Assembly: GCA_964016885.1 (NCBI GenBank)
Contig: OZ024743.1
Location: 189,410,001-189,474,000 of the forward strand
Source: Eledone cirrhosa
Taxonomy: Eukaryota
Length of the DNA stretch: 64,000 bases
Direction: 5' to 3'
Shown here: positions 25,300 through 38,679 of the stretch, piece by piece
Numbering within the stretch: the stretch's first letter is position 1
How the letters are laid out: every line of letters starts with the position of its first letter
Translations under genes and position numbers: made by a program
The notes under the pieces: model-generated
What the model was told of the DNA's origin: nothing
Databases searched by the model: none
What the model saw: only the letters and a program-made list of their open reading frames with translations

Positions 25300-26088
25300 A
25301 AATATATAAATCAGGAAAGAAGAGTGACACGGTTTGCTATACAAAAAAGGTTTTTTAATCTCATTGCTGACAATTGTTTCTCTGAACTGGTAGGTCTAGA
25401 GATCGCTACCTGCTTGTTTTCAGGTCATTCGATCACCAATACATAGTTGTAACCAGTCAATTCATCAGAGCTTGTGATAATGAAAGGAATATACAGGCAT
25501 GGCTACTATATATAGTAATGGAATTCAATCAGAACAATAACAACAATACTAACAATGCTAGCAATAAATTATTTGAAATAATCACAACATCAATCTAAGT
25601 AAGAAACATAGTATATCTACGACTTTAGCGTGTAAAACTAGCTGACATGAGGCAGATGTATGAAATTGACATGTAAAATCTGTCATGGGGTGTATTATAT
25701 ATAGCGTAGAGATAAGCCGGTGGCTTTAAACAATGTACTATTTCCTTTACTGTAGGTCTGGTGACCGTAAGAATTATTAATTATCTGACAGATGAAATAT
25801 TTATCATTGTAGTGAGGATAGTGATATTTGTGGTGTGAGGTGGGTTCAATATATATGTGATCTATACTAACAATCCCTTCATCTAATATAGACCACATAA
25901 ATATTGAACCCATCTCACACCACAAATATCACTATCCTCACTACAATGATAAATATTTCATCTGTCAGATAATAAATAATTCTTACGGTCACCAGACCTA
26001 CAGTAAAGGAAATGGTACATTGTTTACACCACATGATGGCTTTTACATATCAATTTCATACATCTGACTCATGTCAGCTAGTTATACA
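25300..26088. mobile_element. PLE pLTR (minus, 25300-25866) with inverted head-to-head duplication (25887-26088)
   Basis: Homologous to 5089-5460; arms ~25631-25866 / ~25887-26088. Confidence 0.8.
25359..25478 (-). ncRNA. Hammerhead ribozyme, canonical core, extended stem II
   Basis: Minus: gct-CTGATGA-attgactggt...accagttcaga-GAAAC-AATT-GTC^-agc. Confidence 0.8.
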
Positions 26089-26390
26089 TATATATAAATA
26101 TATCATCATCATCATTTAACATCTGCTCTCCTTCTAGCAAGAGTTAGAAAGGTATACATAGACCATGTCAGTAGTGAAGTGGGGATACTAACCTACCAGA
26201 CAGCCTAGGGTGTCTGCATCTCACTCACATATGGTCTATCAAATGCAATGGGGAGGGTGTCATGTCTTTGTCACAATTAAAGGGTTTCCCAATCCTTTGT
26301 TTTGTGAAAGAGAGAGAGAGGGTGAGTGAGTGAGTGAGAGAGAAAAAAGGGGAGAGAGAGAGAGACACACATATAGACACATATTTGTGT

Positions 26391-26467
<77 letters not shown>

Positions 26468-26559
26468 GGGTGTAGATGTAGAATTGACACAGCTGACAGA
26501 GTTCAGGAAAAAAAGAGATAAAATCTTTATTTTCTAACATTTATTGAAATTTCAAGATA

Positions 26560-27990
26560 CACGAATTTACTGAACTTGTATACAACATAATAATTCAATA
26601 TATGCCCTGCCAGCTTTCATAATAACCGCTTTAGGTGACCTTGGAAACAGACACTGGTGCACTTTGCGGTTGCAGCTGACAAATCTTGGAATACCTGATA
26701 GATGTGCTGCATCAGCATGTCCTTGGTGTTGCAGGTGGTGTTATTGGTAATGCTCTCAACCATGCCCCATAAAGAATAATCCAGATGATTGTAGTCTGGA
26801 GAGTTAGGAGGCCACATGTTCGGCCTGATAAGGTTATAAAAAATGTCTGAGAGCCACTATTGAGTCTTTCTGGCCGTGTGTGCTGGTGCACCTATTCAAT
26901 CCTGAGATTCACCACAATCTCCACAACTCCCTTTTACACATCCTGATTCACCTTGAGATCAACATTAAAGATGTGAGTGGGTATGACATGTCCCTCACTT
27001 CTGATCATGCCCAAAACCATGATGTGGACAGGAAACTTGAGTTTCATGACACTGGGAACATCATGTGGGCTAACTGCTGACCAGCTGTTAGTCTGTTAAT
27101 TATGTGCTTTATTCTGGAAAAAGATTATTTTCACCTGAGAAAAATACACATGTTTGATTCCAGGTAATGTTTCAACTTGTTTCAATAGCTAATTTGCCCT
27201 CTTCACACCGTTCTCCTTTGACTTCTGAGTGAGCAGCTATCCTGTCTGCATCTTTTAATACTTGAACCAGAGGTCTTCATTCACACAAGTCCTAACAGTC
27301 TTCTAATCACATATCCCAATAGTGGGGGGTCTTCCTCAATGAACTGCTGTACTTTGTGGATGAAATAACCATCCCTCATTATTTCTTTATCCTGCCGAGG
27401 TTAACTTTGCCTTTTATCCTTACGGGGTCGATAAAATAAAGTACCAGTCACGCACTGGGGTCAATTCCATCGACCCCCCCCCCCCAAAAAAAAAAAATTG
27501 CTGGCCTTGTGCCTGCCTAAATAAGAAACCATTATTTCTTTATTCTGAGTTCAAATACCGCTAAGGTTAACTTTGCCTTTCATCCTTACGGGGTCGATAA
27601 AATAAAGTACCAGTAATACACTGGCATAATTGCTGGCCTTGTGCCAAAAGTAGAAACGATTATTTCTTTACTTTGATTATCAATTTCGCTAGCAGTCACA
27701 GTGTCAACGTCAAAGTTACTGTCCTCTAATTCCTTCCTCAACCTCTGGACTGTGAGATGTGAGCGATTTAAAATTTCAACAATGGCCTTATTATTCATTC
27801 CAGCATAAACTGTATGCAGCAACACCTTACTTTTCCCCTCCTCAGGCTACGTATATTCTTTTAATCTGTCAGGTTTTGCCATTTATTTGAAGCCAAGTAC
27901 AATATGAAAGGAAAGCAATGTTAGTTTACATGATAACTTTCAAAATAGTATATTATTATTTGTTTAAACAGAAGCGCCAATTCAACATCC
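26560..27990 (-). mobile_element. Tc1/mariner transposase remnant interrupted by SINEs
   Basis: WPPNSPDYNHLDYSLWG (catalytic C-terminal motif); HTH-like GMNNKAIVEILNRSHLTVQRLRK. Confidence 0.8.
27393..27662 (+). mobile_element. Two truncated family A SINEs
   Basis: CTTTGCCTTT(T/C)ATCCTTACGGGGTCGATAAAATAAAGTACCAG twice. Confidence 0.8.
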
Positions 27991-27993
27991 ACA

Positions 27994-28062
<69 letters not shown>

Positions 28063-28200
28063 GAGTGTAATTTACTACACAAAACGAAGGTTATAGAGAA
28101 AATTGAGGTTGGTAATGGCACATGGAATATATAAGAGACAGAATACTTTTTTGTGAAAAAACATATAATTTTATAAGGTAAGGAAATAATAAAGGGTATA

Positions 28201-28250
28201 AAAAATGACCGGTTTCGATGGGTCTGCAAAAGCCATCTTTTCAAATGTTG
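28201..28250 (-). ncRNA. Minimal hammerhead ribozyme, U3-A8 core
   Basis: Minus: aacat-TTGAAAA-gatgg..ccatc-GAAAC-CG-GTC^-atttt; helix I weak. Confidence 0.6.
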
Positions 28251-28626
28251 ATTAATATTAAGAAAAATTAATAATAAGAAGAGTTAAAATTTGAGATTTG
28301 AAAATTCAAGTATAAAATTCATTGTGGGATTTCATAGTAGTTTTCATCTTGGTAGCAGCTCGTTGACTGCTTCTGGTAGTGAATGAGAAGTTATTTGGGG
28401 GTGTGGGTTATTTTATAAAGGTCAAATTTAGCAATGGCCAGATGGCCAGCTGCTGGTCAGTGAGGGGGTGGAAGCAATATACATACATATATCTTCCTGT
28501 GCTCGGTAGGAGAGGGGAGATTGATAGAAAGGGATTTAATGCACTTACACCTATATATACACACATACCTTCATCCACACATACATACATATACATATAC
28601 ATACACATATATATATATATATATAT

Positions 28627-28659
<33 letters not shown>

Positions 28660-28736
28660 TATACACACATACATACACACACACATACATATACATACAC
28701 ACATACACACACACATATATGCACATACACACACTC

Positions 28737-28767
<31 letters not shown>

Positions 28768-28984
28768 TATATATACATACACACATACAAACACAGACAC
28801 ACACACACACACACATATATACACATACACACACATATATATATACACACACACACACATATATATACACATACGCATACATCCAGATACACACATACAT
28901 ACACACACACACACATACACACACACTCACATATACACATACATACACCCACAAACAGAGAAATGGCCTCCAAATATATATATA

Positions 28985-29225
28985 TACATACATAGGACAG
29001 ACGGGCACCTCACTACGCAAAAGAATGACCGTCCACCGCCAACAAATCCGGGACGCTAGCACAAGAAAAATCCCCTTGAGCAACCAGATGTGAGAAAAAC
29101 CACAGACCCCCCCATCTCAACTCACCTTTTGAAAAGCAGAAGAACTGCGAAACCGGTAAAGGAACCAAATAAATATATATATTTAAAAAAAAATAAGACT
29201 CCAGTTGCGTTTTCGATTTCATCTC
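28985..29225 (+). mobile_element. PLE GIY-YIG fragment fused to pLTR end
   Basis: YIGQTGTSLRKRMTVHRQQIRD..RKIPLS, homologous to 46603-46830. Confidence 0.75.
29125..29162 (+). ncRNA. Minimal hammerhead ribozyme, U3-A8 core
   Basis: cctt-TTGAAAA(29129-29135)-gcag aagaa ctgc-GAAAC-CG-GTA^-aagg. Confidence 0.75.
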
Positions 29226-29455
29226 TTTTTCTTTATATATATATATATATATAGTATTAAGGATACTATTTATGGTTATGTATATACTAAAACCTTTTAT
29301 AGTTATATATATTTTATACCCTAAATAGTGAAAGACAGTAATTCATTACTATCTTATTACCAGTAAGATAAATAGCTCAATGTAACAACATCATTTGTTT
29401 TACAGAGCACTTATATAGAAATTACATGAATCAAAGTTCAGTTTAAATAATTTAT

Positions 29456-29504
29456 TTGCTTACAATTGTTTCCTCCAAACCGAGGTTTGGATTCTTCGGA
29501 GCAA
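29456..29504 (-). ncRNA. Hammerhead ribozyme, CCGAAGA (U4C) core
   Basis: Minus: ttgct-CCGAAGA-atccaaac ctcg gtttggag-GAAAC-AATT-GTA^-agcaa. Confidence 0.78.
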
Positions 29505-30989
29505 TTATTTAGTGATTTTTTACATACTTGACCACCTTTTCAACACAAGAGACATATAGAAACATATGTATATATTGACCCACAGTGGGTTGACATCCAT
29601 AATATAGCATGGCAATTTACATACAAAGATTACAGTCATATCAAAGGACAAAATTAAAGTTAAAATTAAAATTTAAAATAAAACATTGGCAGTTTACGAA
29701 GATAAAGCAAGAGGAAAGTTTGGAGTAGCCAGTGTATGCAACAGTCTCACGTGAGGCATGCACACGTGTCCTATTTATACAAGATTATAGTGCGGCAGAT
29801 TGTTACATGTAAAACAAGCAGTCAAAGCAGGCAATCAAGAGCATCATGGGAGATGTACTGGTAAAGCATTTTTCACACACACATGTACGATATAGAAGCC
29901 CGTGTGTAGAGAAACACCAAAAATATCAAAAATATTACAAATGAGAAGCAAAACAGCACCACTGTCCTCGCACACACCACCACTCTCACAATCCAGGAAA
30001 CGCTATTTATAGACTGCATGTCCATCACACAATCCACGATGATTCAACATTGGGTGCCTGGTGAACCATGTTAGAAATCACAGCTTGTCGTTCTCTATTC
30101 GATTCTATAGAGCAGGTTGTTTTCGTTGTGAGAGTTGACATCGTATTATATTCCGGAAGTGTGTGTGCGATTAAGGGGAGTTAATGCGTAATGGGAGGTA
30201 ACTAGCTGATTTCTATAGTTAAATTTATTATCCTAAAGTACATTAATGGTGTTTCAAATGAGTCCCTATCATATAAGGTTATAAACAATTTCTAAATTTA
30301 AGTATCTTATCTATAAATTACAGTGTTGTCTATTAAGAAGTAGTCTATTAAGGTGTTCATATTAGGATGATTACCTTCTATCATGGAGTGCCACAACCGA
30401 ACATTCTACATGAAGAGTCAGACCTCCAAATCAATGATCTTTGTAAGTGTAGTCTACCCGCAGAAACTGGCAGGGTCTTATTAGAATCACTTCTATATAT
30501 GACTCCTGGTAAGCTCTGGGTCATTGTATGTCTGATTGCATGGCAAAGTTAAATATCACTAGGGTAGTCCAGAGATCAATTCTCACATACAAAGACACTA
30601 ATCTGACCATCAAGCCATACATATACTTATAACTCATACATCACCTGTACATAATTCATTGCACTCAGCATATAGATTATATAGCTCTTTTATGTTAATA
30701 AATTAATTACTTAATCTTCTATTTATCCAATGATGGCACTCCATGCACAGGACAATGTTAGCACAACCAATTCCGTGCTTAAAGTTTACATTAATTATAT
30801 ATTGGTGTAATGTAGGCCAAGTAGTTGAAGGCCAATATACCAAAAGTAGAAGTACATGGGGATATCTCTAGGGTAAAAGGTACTAGGAGGGTGTCACTAT
30901 TTGCGTTAAAGTGGATTAATGGGTGTGGAGATGAGGTGTAAGGTGTGCCCCTGATGTTAGTTGCTTGAGGTGGTGACGGGTTCAAGTCT

Positions 30990-31981
30990 GACATTGTTAT
31001 ATATTGGGTTTAAAGTTTTGGAAGGAGTGTCGGAAGCGGTGTTGGCAAGACGCGAACATTTCTGATTTTTATTAAGGAGGTTATAGTTTGAGAAGATGAT
31101 AGTATGGGTCTCTAGTAGACAGAGGTTACAAAATTTATTAGGTGGTTTGTACGATGTCGCATTACCTATCACTTCCCATTTAAGTGTATATGGTTTATTT
31201 TTAGCTTTTAGATAGTGTAGTAGCTAGATAGTGAAGTGGAGTTGGCTAGACTGTGTTTTTTGAAAGAGTGGAGGTGCGAATTGTATCTGATTTTGAAGCA
31301 GTTAGAAGTAGAGCCTATATAGGTTTCAGAAGAGTTGCTAGTTGTGACTGTGCATAAGTATATGATATCCTTGATTAAGCATTTTTTATCTAAAGGGCAG
31401 GTTGTATTTGATCTACAGTTACAATTATTCTGGGTGTTAGTCTGCCGGTTATTATGCTGTGTAGAAGTCTGGATGGTAGCTATAGGGTTATGGTTATGTG
31501 GGTTGTCGTTCCCAGCGTTATTGTTTACACTAGTGCTATTACTATTATTTCTATTGATATTAGGGTTAGTTGCTATAATGTTATTTTGAAGTTTTATCGT
31601 CTGTTGTGATTTAGTTTGTTGGAAGTAAGAATTAATTTTTCTTTTATTGCTACTAGCTATGTGGTATGCTATGTTAGGCGTAGTAGAATAGGAGATTTTA
31701 ATAGTGTTTTTGTTTAAAAGGCTATGGTACTTGTGGCCGGATGGGAAGTTTTTATCTAGTAGTGAGAAGAAAGCCCTAGGTAGGTTAGTAGAGACGTTTA
31801 GATTGAAAGGAGGGTTGAAAAATGTATTATTTCTTCTTCTATTTTTATTTTTTATGTCTGGTGAGTTGTTTCCTTTTATGGTTCTATGGTAATTTCTGTG
31901 GTGTGGGATACTTTTGTTGGCATCCTCCTTATTAGTGTGCGTGTGGTTGCTATTCCTATTACTAAATTTCCTCATGGACAT
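30990..31981 (-). pseudogene. PLE linker + GIY-YIG endonuclease (frameshifted)
   Basis: ORFs 31208-31981 and 30957-31172. Confidence 0.85.
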
Positions 31982-32188
31982 GTTGTGCGAAATAATGTTT
32001 TTTATTTTATTTTAATTTTAATTTTAACTTTAATTTTGTCCTTTAATATGACTGTAATCTTTGTATGTAAATTGCCATGCTGTATTATTATAATGGATGT
32101 CAACCCACTGTGGGTCAATATATACATATGTTTCTATATGTCTCTTGTGTTGAAACGGAGGTCAAGTATGTTAAAAATCACTAAATAA

Positions 32189-32236
32189 TTGCTCCGAAGA
32201 ATCCAAACCTCGGTTTGGGGAAACAATCGTAAGCAA
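32189..32236 (+). ncRNA. Hammerhead ribozyme, CCGAAGA (U4C) core
   Basis: ttgct-CCGAAGA(32194-32200)-atccaaac ctcg gtttgggg-GAAAC-AATC-GTA^-agcaa. Confidence 0.75.
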
Positions 32237-32269
32237 ATAAATGATTTAAACTGAACTTTGATTCATGTA

Positions 32270-32329
<60 letters not shown>

Positions 32330-32334
<5 letters not shown>

Positions 32335-32940
32335 TAAAGTTAGTCCTTCATCAGTGATCTTCCAACCATCATTGGTATTTCATCGCTTTAAAGACCATAT
32401 ACCTCCTGTTGGTGCGAGCAACGGCTATAGAAAGTCGTTGGGACACGTAAATAAGGGGACCGAACGAGAGTGTAAACAAACAAAGATGGTAAAGCAACGA
32501 AAAGTGAGGAAGAAAGAGTCAAGTCCCAGATTTCCATGAATATATGTTCGGTGAAATCGTGAACGAGAGAGAATAAAGACCATCAAACCTAGTCGAAATG
32601 TGAGCAAGGAAGGAATTCCGCACAGGTCAAACGGGAGGAAGTAGTAGTGAGTGGGTGAGTGAAGGGTGAGGAAGAGGCTAACAGAGAGAGTGACTGTTAG
32701 AGAGGGTAAAGATACAGAGAAAGAGGAAGCAGTAAGAACGAAATAGACGGGTCACAGCGGGGGAAAATATATGTGTGAATATGAGAACAAACGTGCTGCG
32801 TGGTAGCAAATGGGTTACATATGAATAAAGTTAATCCTTCATCAGTGATCTTCCAACCATCATTGGTATTTCATCGCTTTAAAGACCTTATACCTCCGGT
32901 TGGTGCAACGGCTAAAGAAAGTCGTTGGGACACGTAAATA
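32330..32940 (-). mobile_element. Non-coding element with ~120-bp terminal direct repeats (period ~490 bp)
   Basis: 32330-32453 matches 32821-32940; microsatellites on both sides. Confidence 0.6.
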
Positions 32941-32971
32941 TATATGTATGTATGTATGTATTATGTATGAG

Positions 32972-33366
32972 AGATGACCCCTTAGCCTTTGTCAAGGCAG
33001 AATTCTAGGAGAAGGAAAACTCTGATATAACACCTGCAACCCTGATGGTATCCAATGATGTTGAATTGTTCTTCTTTTTGGTAAATATCATCTTGGTTAA
33101 GAGAGTGGGACTGGTTTTATGCAGTGCCTTTGCTCACTATAAAAGCTTCACGGCACAGGCATTGCTTTATATCTGGAGATCTCTCTGCACTTGTCGTCAC
33201 ATGGTACCATGGGCCCAGCACTAATTGTCACAAGTGTAGTGTTTGTACCAGAGTTTTCAAGTCGCTGGCTGGACTAAAAAGTCACACTCGTTTAGCGCAT
33301 CGGTAGGGGTTCTCCTACATGGATATAAAGTAGTGGCCGTACTCGAAAACGAGTTGGCAGCTACCC
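32972..33366 (+). mobile_element. Short RTE/BovB-like derivative (5' UTR-like head + C2H2-encoding 3' end)
   Basis: CTAGGAGAAGGAAAACTCTGA head motif; HKCSVCTRVFKSLAGLKSHTRLAH. Confidence 0.55.
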
Positions 33367-33379
33367 TATATATATATAT

Positions 33380-33481
33380 ATGGCTTCTACAGGACTAGAA
33401 CTGTTTCATTCGAAGGAAATCATCAGGGGCTTTCCTGATGATTTCCTTCGAATGAAACAGTTCTAGTCTTGAAGAAGCCAT
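33380..33481. repeat. ~100-bp near-perfect palindrome made of two back-to-back HHR-like cores
   Basis: CTGATGA(33435-33441)-tttccttcgaat-GAAAC-agttcta-GTC on both strands, 6-nt loop. Confidence 0.75.
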
Positions 33482-34765
33482 TTCCATATTAAAAATGTAT
33501 ACTCTGCGATATATTGAGCTGCTTACTTACTGTGGTTACCCCCGATTGAACCCACTTCACACACACACATATATATTATATATATATGTGTGTATATATA
33601 TATATATATATACACACACACATATATTAATGCATATACATATACATGACGGTGTCATAATGAAATGCACTCAGTTGACTCTCCAGCATGGTTAGCATTA
33701 GAAGGGAACAGTTGTAAAAACCACGCTAAAATAAGGCAGAAAAATCTTTTCAGTCACATGAAGGACAAAACAAACTCCTTAGTTCTTGTGCCTCTATAAA
33801 ATGCCACACGTACACTCCACTATGTAAATGGTGATAGAATGGACATCCACTCATAGAATCCACGTCGAAATGGTGCATGTCTAAGTAGGATGTAGACCCC
33901 AATTCAATTAGGACAATTACACCAATTAAACACGGATTTTGTCTATAGTAAGCCATCCAACCAATGCTAGCATAGAAAAATGGATGTAAAATAATGAGGA
34001 TGATATTTACCATATATACTCCAAATATAAGCCGATTCCTATATTTTATGTCTGAGAAATGGGCAAAATCCAAGCCTCCATCTATATGCTGAGGCAGCTA
34101 ATCAACACATTCTTTAGATGGAATATATAAGACAACCACCACACATTGTACTATTGATATTTTTGTCACATATTCCTTGGCTTATATTTGAGTATATAGA
34201 GTATATAAATATATTATATCAGCACATATACATGAATTTATTTTTAGGATATATTTGTGTGTGTGTGTGATTATGTATGTGGATATATGTATTTGTACAT
34301 GCCTCAGAAATAAATTTTATATACATTGATTCTGTTGGTGTTGCTGCTAAAATGGGGGTTTATTAAAAATTTAGAAAATATAAAATTATATTTTTTTTAT
34401 TTATAAATTACATGAAAAAATAACATTAAATTCATAATATTTATTTCTTTGAGATTTATTCAAAATATATACATATATTTTTGATATTACTGCAATAAAA
34501 TATAAATGAAATTTTTCAAGTTCTGGCAACATATTAAAATTTTTATTTTTATTTTTTCTTCATACACTTTCAGTACACTATACTTACAGGCTAAATAACA
34601 GCAAAATATATGTACAAGTATCATTAACAACAAAAATTCCATTCTAAATAAAACATTTTAGAATAGTCTTATGTCCACTATGCAATTCTTACAGTTTATT
34701 TTTTCCACATGAAAATTTATTTCTCTATCAGTTTCTCTGCCCATCTACTTAATTATCTGTATATT

Positions 34766-34844
<79 letters not shown>

Positions 34845-34907
34845 CTTTCTAACTATCTAGCTTTTTATCTAACTGTTTACCTGCCTATCTCTCTATTTAG
34901 CTATCGC

Positions 34908-34976
<69 letters not shown>

Positions 34977-35597
34977 CTCTCTTTCTCTCTACATATGTGT
35001 GTGTATCTATGTGTGTATGTGAGCTATTTCAAGCATTAAAACTTACCACTTTCATCCTATGGCATGTTGTAATTTTATTTTTATCCTACACATGGCCTCA
35101 GCAATAGCTGGCTGCCTGTTCTTTGGGATCTAGAATTTTCTGGAATTACAAGATGCCTACTGATGATTGCTAATTCTTGGCTTCACGATTTACTGATGTT
35201 AATTAATCAATGGTAAATGTTGATGATTTTTGCTGGCATGAAATGGTACCATATAGGCTTTACAAAAACTTAGTGGCAATGTTAGTATAATACTTATTGT
35301 CTTTGTTTTTTTAGCATGATTATATTGTTCTCTGCAAAATATTAGATATGTGGTTTCCTATGATATTGGTAGAGTGCTAGCATTCCTGGCTTATTGATTT
35401 TTAGCTAAAATTCTCATTGAGAGATCATGGAGCCACATGATCATTATATTATATATTCATCTCTTTTTATATATATGTATATCTTTTTCTGTATCTATTT
35501 GCCCACTTACCTATCTATCGATCAATCTATCTAGCCATCCATCTTTCTTTCTATATTTTATATACATACATATCATATCTAAATATTTAATACACGA

Positions 35598-35828
35598 CAA
35601 AAAACACCCAGTCCACGCTATAGAGTGGTCGTATAGGCGTAAAAAAGCCCCCAGTACTCACTGTAAATGAGGTTGGTGTTAGGAAGGGCATCCAGCTGTA
35701 GAAATCAAGCCAAAATCAGTTCCATATGAGCAAGACTTGGTCACCTGACCTGGCATTGCCCACAACAAGACAACCCGTCTAGCCCATGCTAGCGCGGAAG
35801 AATGGACGTAAAACAGTGATGATGATGA
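35598..35828 (+). mobile_element. Family B SINE 3' part
   Basis: GGAAGGGCATCCAGCTGTAGAAA and RTE tail. Confidence 0.75.
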
Positions 35829-35879
35829 CATTCATCTGACATTGTTTTGCATTTTGAATTCAACATAGTAGTCATGTCC

Positions 35880-36110
35880 AACTCTTACCTTACATGTTAC
35901 ACCTTAATGAATGGCTCTGAGATGCCAATCATCAATACTTAGCATCTTTAGTTCCCACCAGATTACAAAATGGAGGATCCTATCTGAGGTCTCTAGATAC
36001 TCCAGATACAGTGGCTTACTCTTAGTCAAATACTTCCTCCATAACTGTTTAACAAGAAAGAGGACATTGGTTGTAACCTTATCTGGCATAATACTGCATC
36101 ACATCTAACT
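35880..36110 (-). mobile_element. RTE RT fragment
   Basis: TTNVLFLVKQLWRKYLTKSKPLYL..VIWWELKMLSIDDW. Confidence 0.6.
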
Positions 36111-36970
36111 TAGTTCTGTTCCAAATTAGTGAAGGAGATTTTCTTTCCCTTTATATATATGGTTAGCGATATAGATAGTGAAATACGTCATATATTGCCC
36201 TCATTACCATTTAACGTCTATTTTCCAAGGTTGCTTAGTTTAGAGCGTTGTCACAAGTTAAGGCCTGACCGATCAGGTGACTAGGTCCCACTCTTACATT
36301 TTGTTTTAGCTTAGTTACTATGGTTTGATTCCCTTCCTAATACCATTCACTTTATATTGTATACTGAGAGTATGTTTACTAATGCTGGATGCATTTCTTA
36401 ACACAAACCCCTTTACTGAGAGCATTTTATTGTGATGCCAGCACTAAGAATTTTAAAGAGTGAGATGGATGTTTTTCGTCAGAGCACCAGCAATATCCCA
36501 GGGGGCATTGGTGGTGGGGATTGGCTGCTAGGGTACAGACATTACACTGGTGGAGGGGGTCATGGTGATGACCTTAAAGTGAAGGTGTCTGACATTGTGT
36601 GAGTATGCCAGGTTTCCCTAAATAGGAAGATGGTCTTTATATACTGCTTAGAGCAAGTGGGTGGGTGATGTCTATCATTTTGGTCTCTGCTAAGCTTCCC
36701 TAGGTCAAGGAAGCACTGTAAGTCCAAGAGTTCAGCAGGAGTGGTGAACCAGCTAAGATTCATTTTAACATTCTATAGTTGCATGGGTTGAGCCAGGCAG
36801 GGATCAGAGAGTGGTGTCATCTCTCTGTTTCTTCAGGTTTAGAGTAGAGGGAGTTATGTGGATTGCCATCCTCTTTGTGCTGCTTCATTCTACTTCCATA
36901 AGAAGACAAGTGTGTGTATGTGTGTGAGAAAGAGTGTGTGTATGTGTGCATGTGTGTGTGGGTGTGTGTG

Positions 36971-37454
36971 TGTATTTGATAGAAATAAAGTGTACCTGTA
37001 ACTCCATTGAAATCGTACCTATGGAATAGATTTCTGCATGGTAGGTCATTGCGAAATGCTTACATAAGCTAGGAAGATTTTAACAATGTTAGGCTAAATG
37101 TTTAGAAAAAGATGTGAACCCAATGATATTGCAATATGTTTTTTAGTATTAGAGAGGGAGATTAACATTACATGTGATTCCATCTTTGAATCCTCAAGCT
37201 TCTTATACTTTATTGTAGTATGGTGCTGTATTATCAAATATTTCTTTGTTTGATGAGAGATTGGAATGTAAGTTTTTATTAGATTTGCACCAAAGTTTGA
37301 CATTCTCTGTGATGACGTTTTGGGTAACATTTAAAAAAATATTTTTGATACATAGGTTAGTGGTAGTAGTCCCTTTTTAGGCAGGCATATTTTTTTTAAA
37401 ACCAAATCAAAACTTTATGCAAGATCAAATTATTTTTAATGTGTTCTAATTTTG
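36971..37454. repeat. ~490-bp unclassified repeat, inverted copy at 43500-44003
   Basis: Near-identical reverse complement; same spurious 78-aa ORF in both. Confidence 0.9.
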
Positions 37455-37592
37455 TGTAAAAAAGAGAATAATAGAAAGTGTGTTTATACCATTCTTTTTA
37501 TGGTTGGACTTCTAATTCAAAATCTGTAGTTATACCTTCATTAGATTTATCTTAAATCATAAATATACATATATATATATACATAGAAGTAA

Positions 37593-38020
37593 AGGCACAT
37601 GGCTTAGTGCTTGCAATCCAAATGTTGTGAGTTCAATTCTCGGACCGGGTGATGTGTTGTTTCCTTGAGCATGACACTTCCTTTTCACATTGCTCCAGTT
37701 TACTCAGCTGTAGAAGTGAGATGATAAGACTGGGGTCCCTATCATTCCACTGCAAAGTGATCGTGGAGGTGCCATGGCAAAAAAGCACCCAGCCCACACT
37801 GTAAAGTGGACATGTAGGCGCCACAGAAAAAAAGCACCCAGCACTCACTGTAAATGAGGTTGGTGTTAGGAAGGGCATCCAACTGTAGAAATCAAGCCAG
37901 AATCAGTTACCATATGAGCAAGACAAGGTCAGCCGACCGGACACTGCCCACAACAAGACAACCCGTCTAACCCATTCTAACGGGGAAGAACGGACGTAAA
38001 AACGGTGATGATGATGATGA
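37593..38020 (+). mobile_element. Family B SINE, full length
   Basis: tRNA-like head, body, RTE tail, (GAT)n. Confidence 0.85.
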
Positions 38021-38679
38021 TGTGTGTTTCCCTTTCTCTCTGTCTCGCTCTCTCTGTATATATATATATAAATAGCACCTAATTTAATTTTTCTTAACTG
38101 CCCACTCCTCTTGTCTAAGTACACCACCACTTATTCCAACAACATACTCAACAACAGTACACACACACACACACACATCATAATATGCACCCCACCTACA
38201 CACAACCACCAACTACATATGTGCACACTGCATAATAACTCCCCTCCTCCCCCTTCTTTTTATTTTCATTTTCTTTTTTTTTCTTTTCTTTGTGTTTTTC
38301 CTTTGTTATTCTGTCTTTATTCTATTCTACACTCTGAACTCTTTTATTCCTGTTGAAGCACAAATGCCTGACATATTTGCTGTTTAAGTCTGATTCTCTT
38401 AAGCATGAAACTAATAAGACTTTTTGTTAATGCATCCTCTTGTTTGCTTGTATTCTTGATATATTCTCTATATTCATATAAAAAGTAAGTTTGTTCGTAC
38501 ATTGAGTGCTAACACTTAATAAAATTGATAATGCTAAGGTTTTTCGTGTGTTTTCATCTAATCTGATTTACAACAAGATTGCTGTCAACTTATTTTCTGA
38601 AGATGGAATGAGGAAGGTGAGTTGGGGGAAATTTTACTGTTCTTTTTCACAAGCAGATATTGCCTGTTCGTCCATCATC

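Larger units (their letters stand above)
29255..32272 (-). mobile_element. 5'-truncated Naiad-like PLE (minus) with inverted pLTR copy at 31994-32272
   Basis: FFNPPF, TIKISYSTTPN, CNCRSNTTCPLDKKC, IIYLC..YIGSTS, CNLCLLE; arms 29420-29687 / 31994-32272. Confidence 0.88.

Noticed and set aside
25385-25445. SECIS-like ATGA..AAAA..GA in the stem II insert (minus strand)
   Set aside because: Stem too short for a SECIS and ATGA not conserved in the 7550 copy
38340-38430. Decayed paralogue of the 48741 HHR region (CTGTTGA-agca caaa tgcc-TGAC)
   Set aside because: Core too mutated to call
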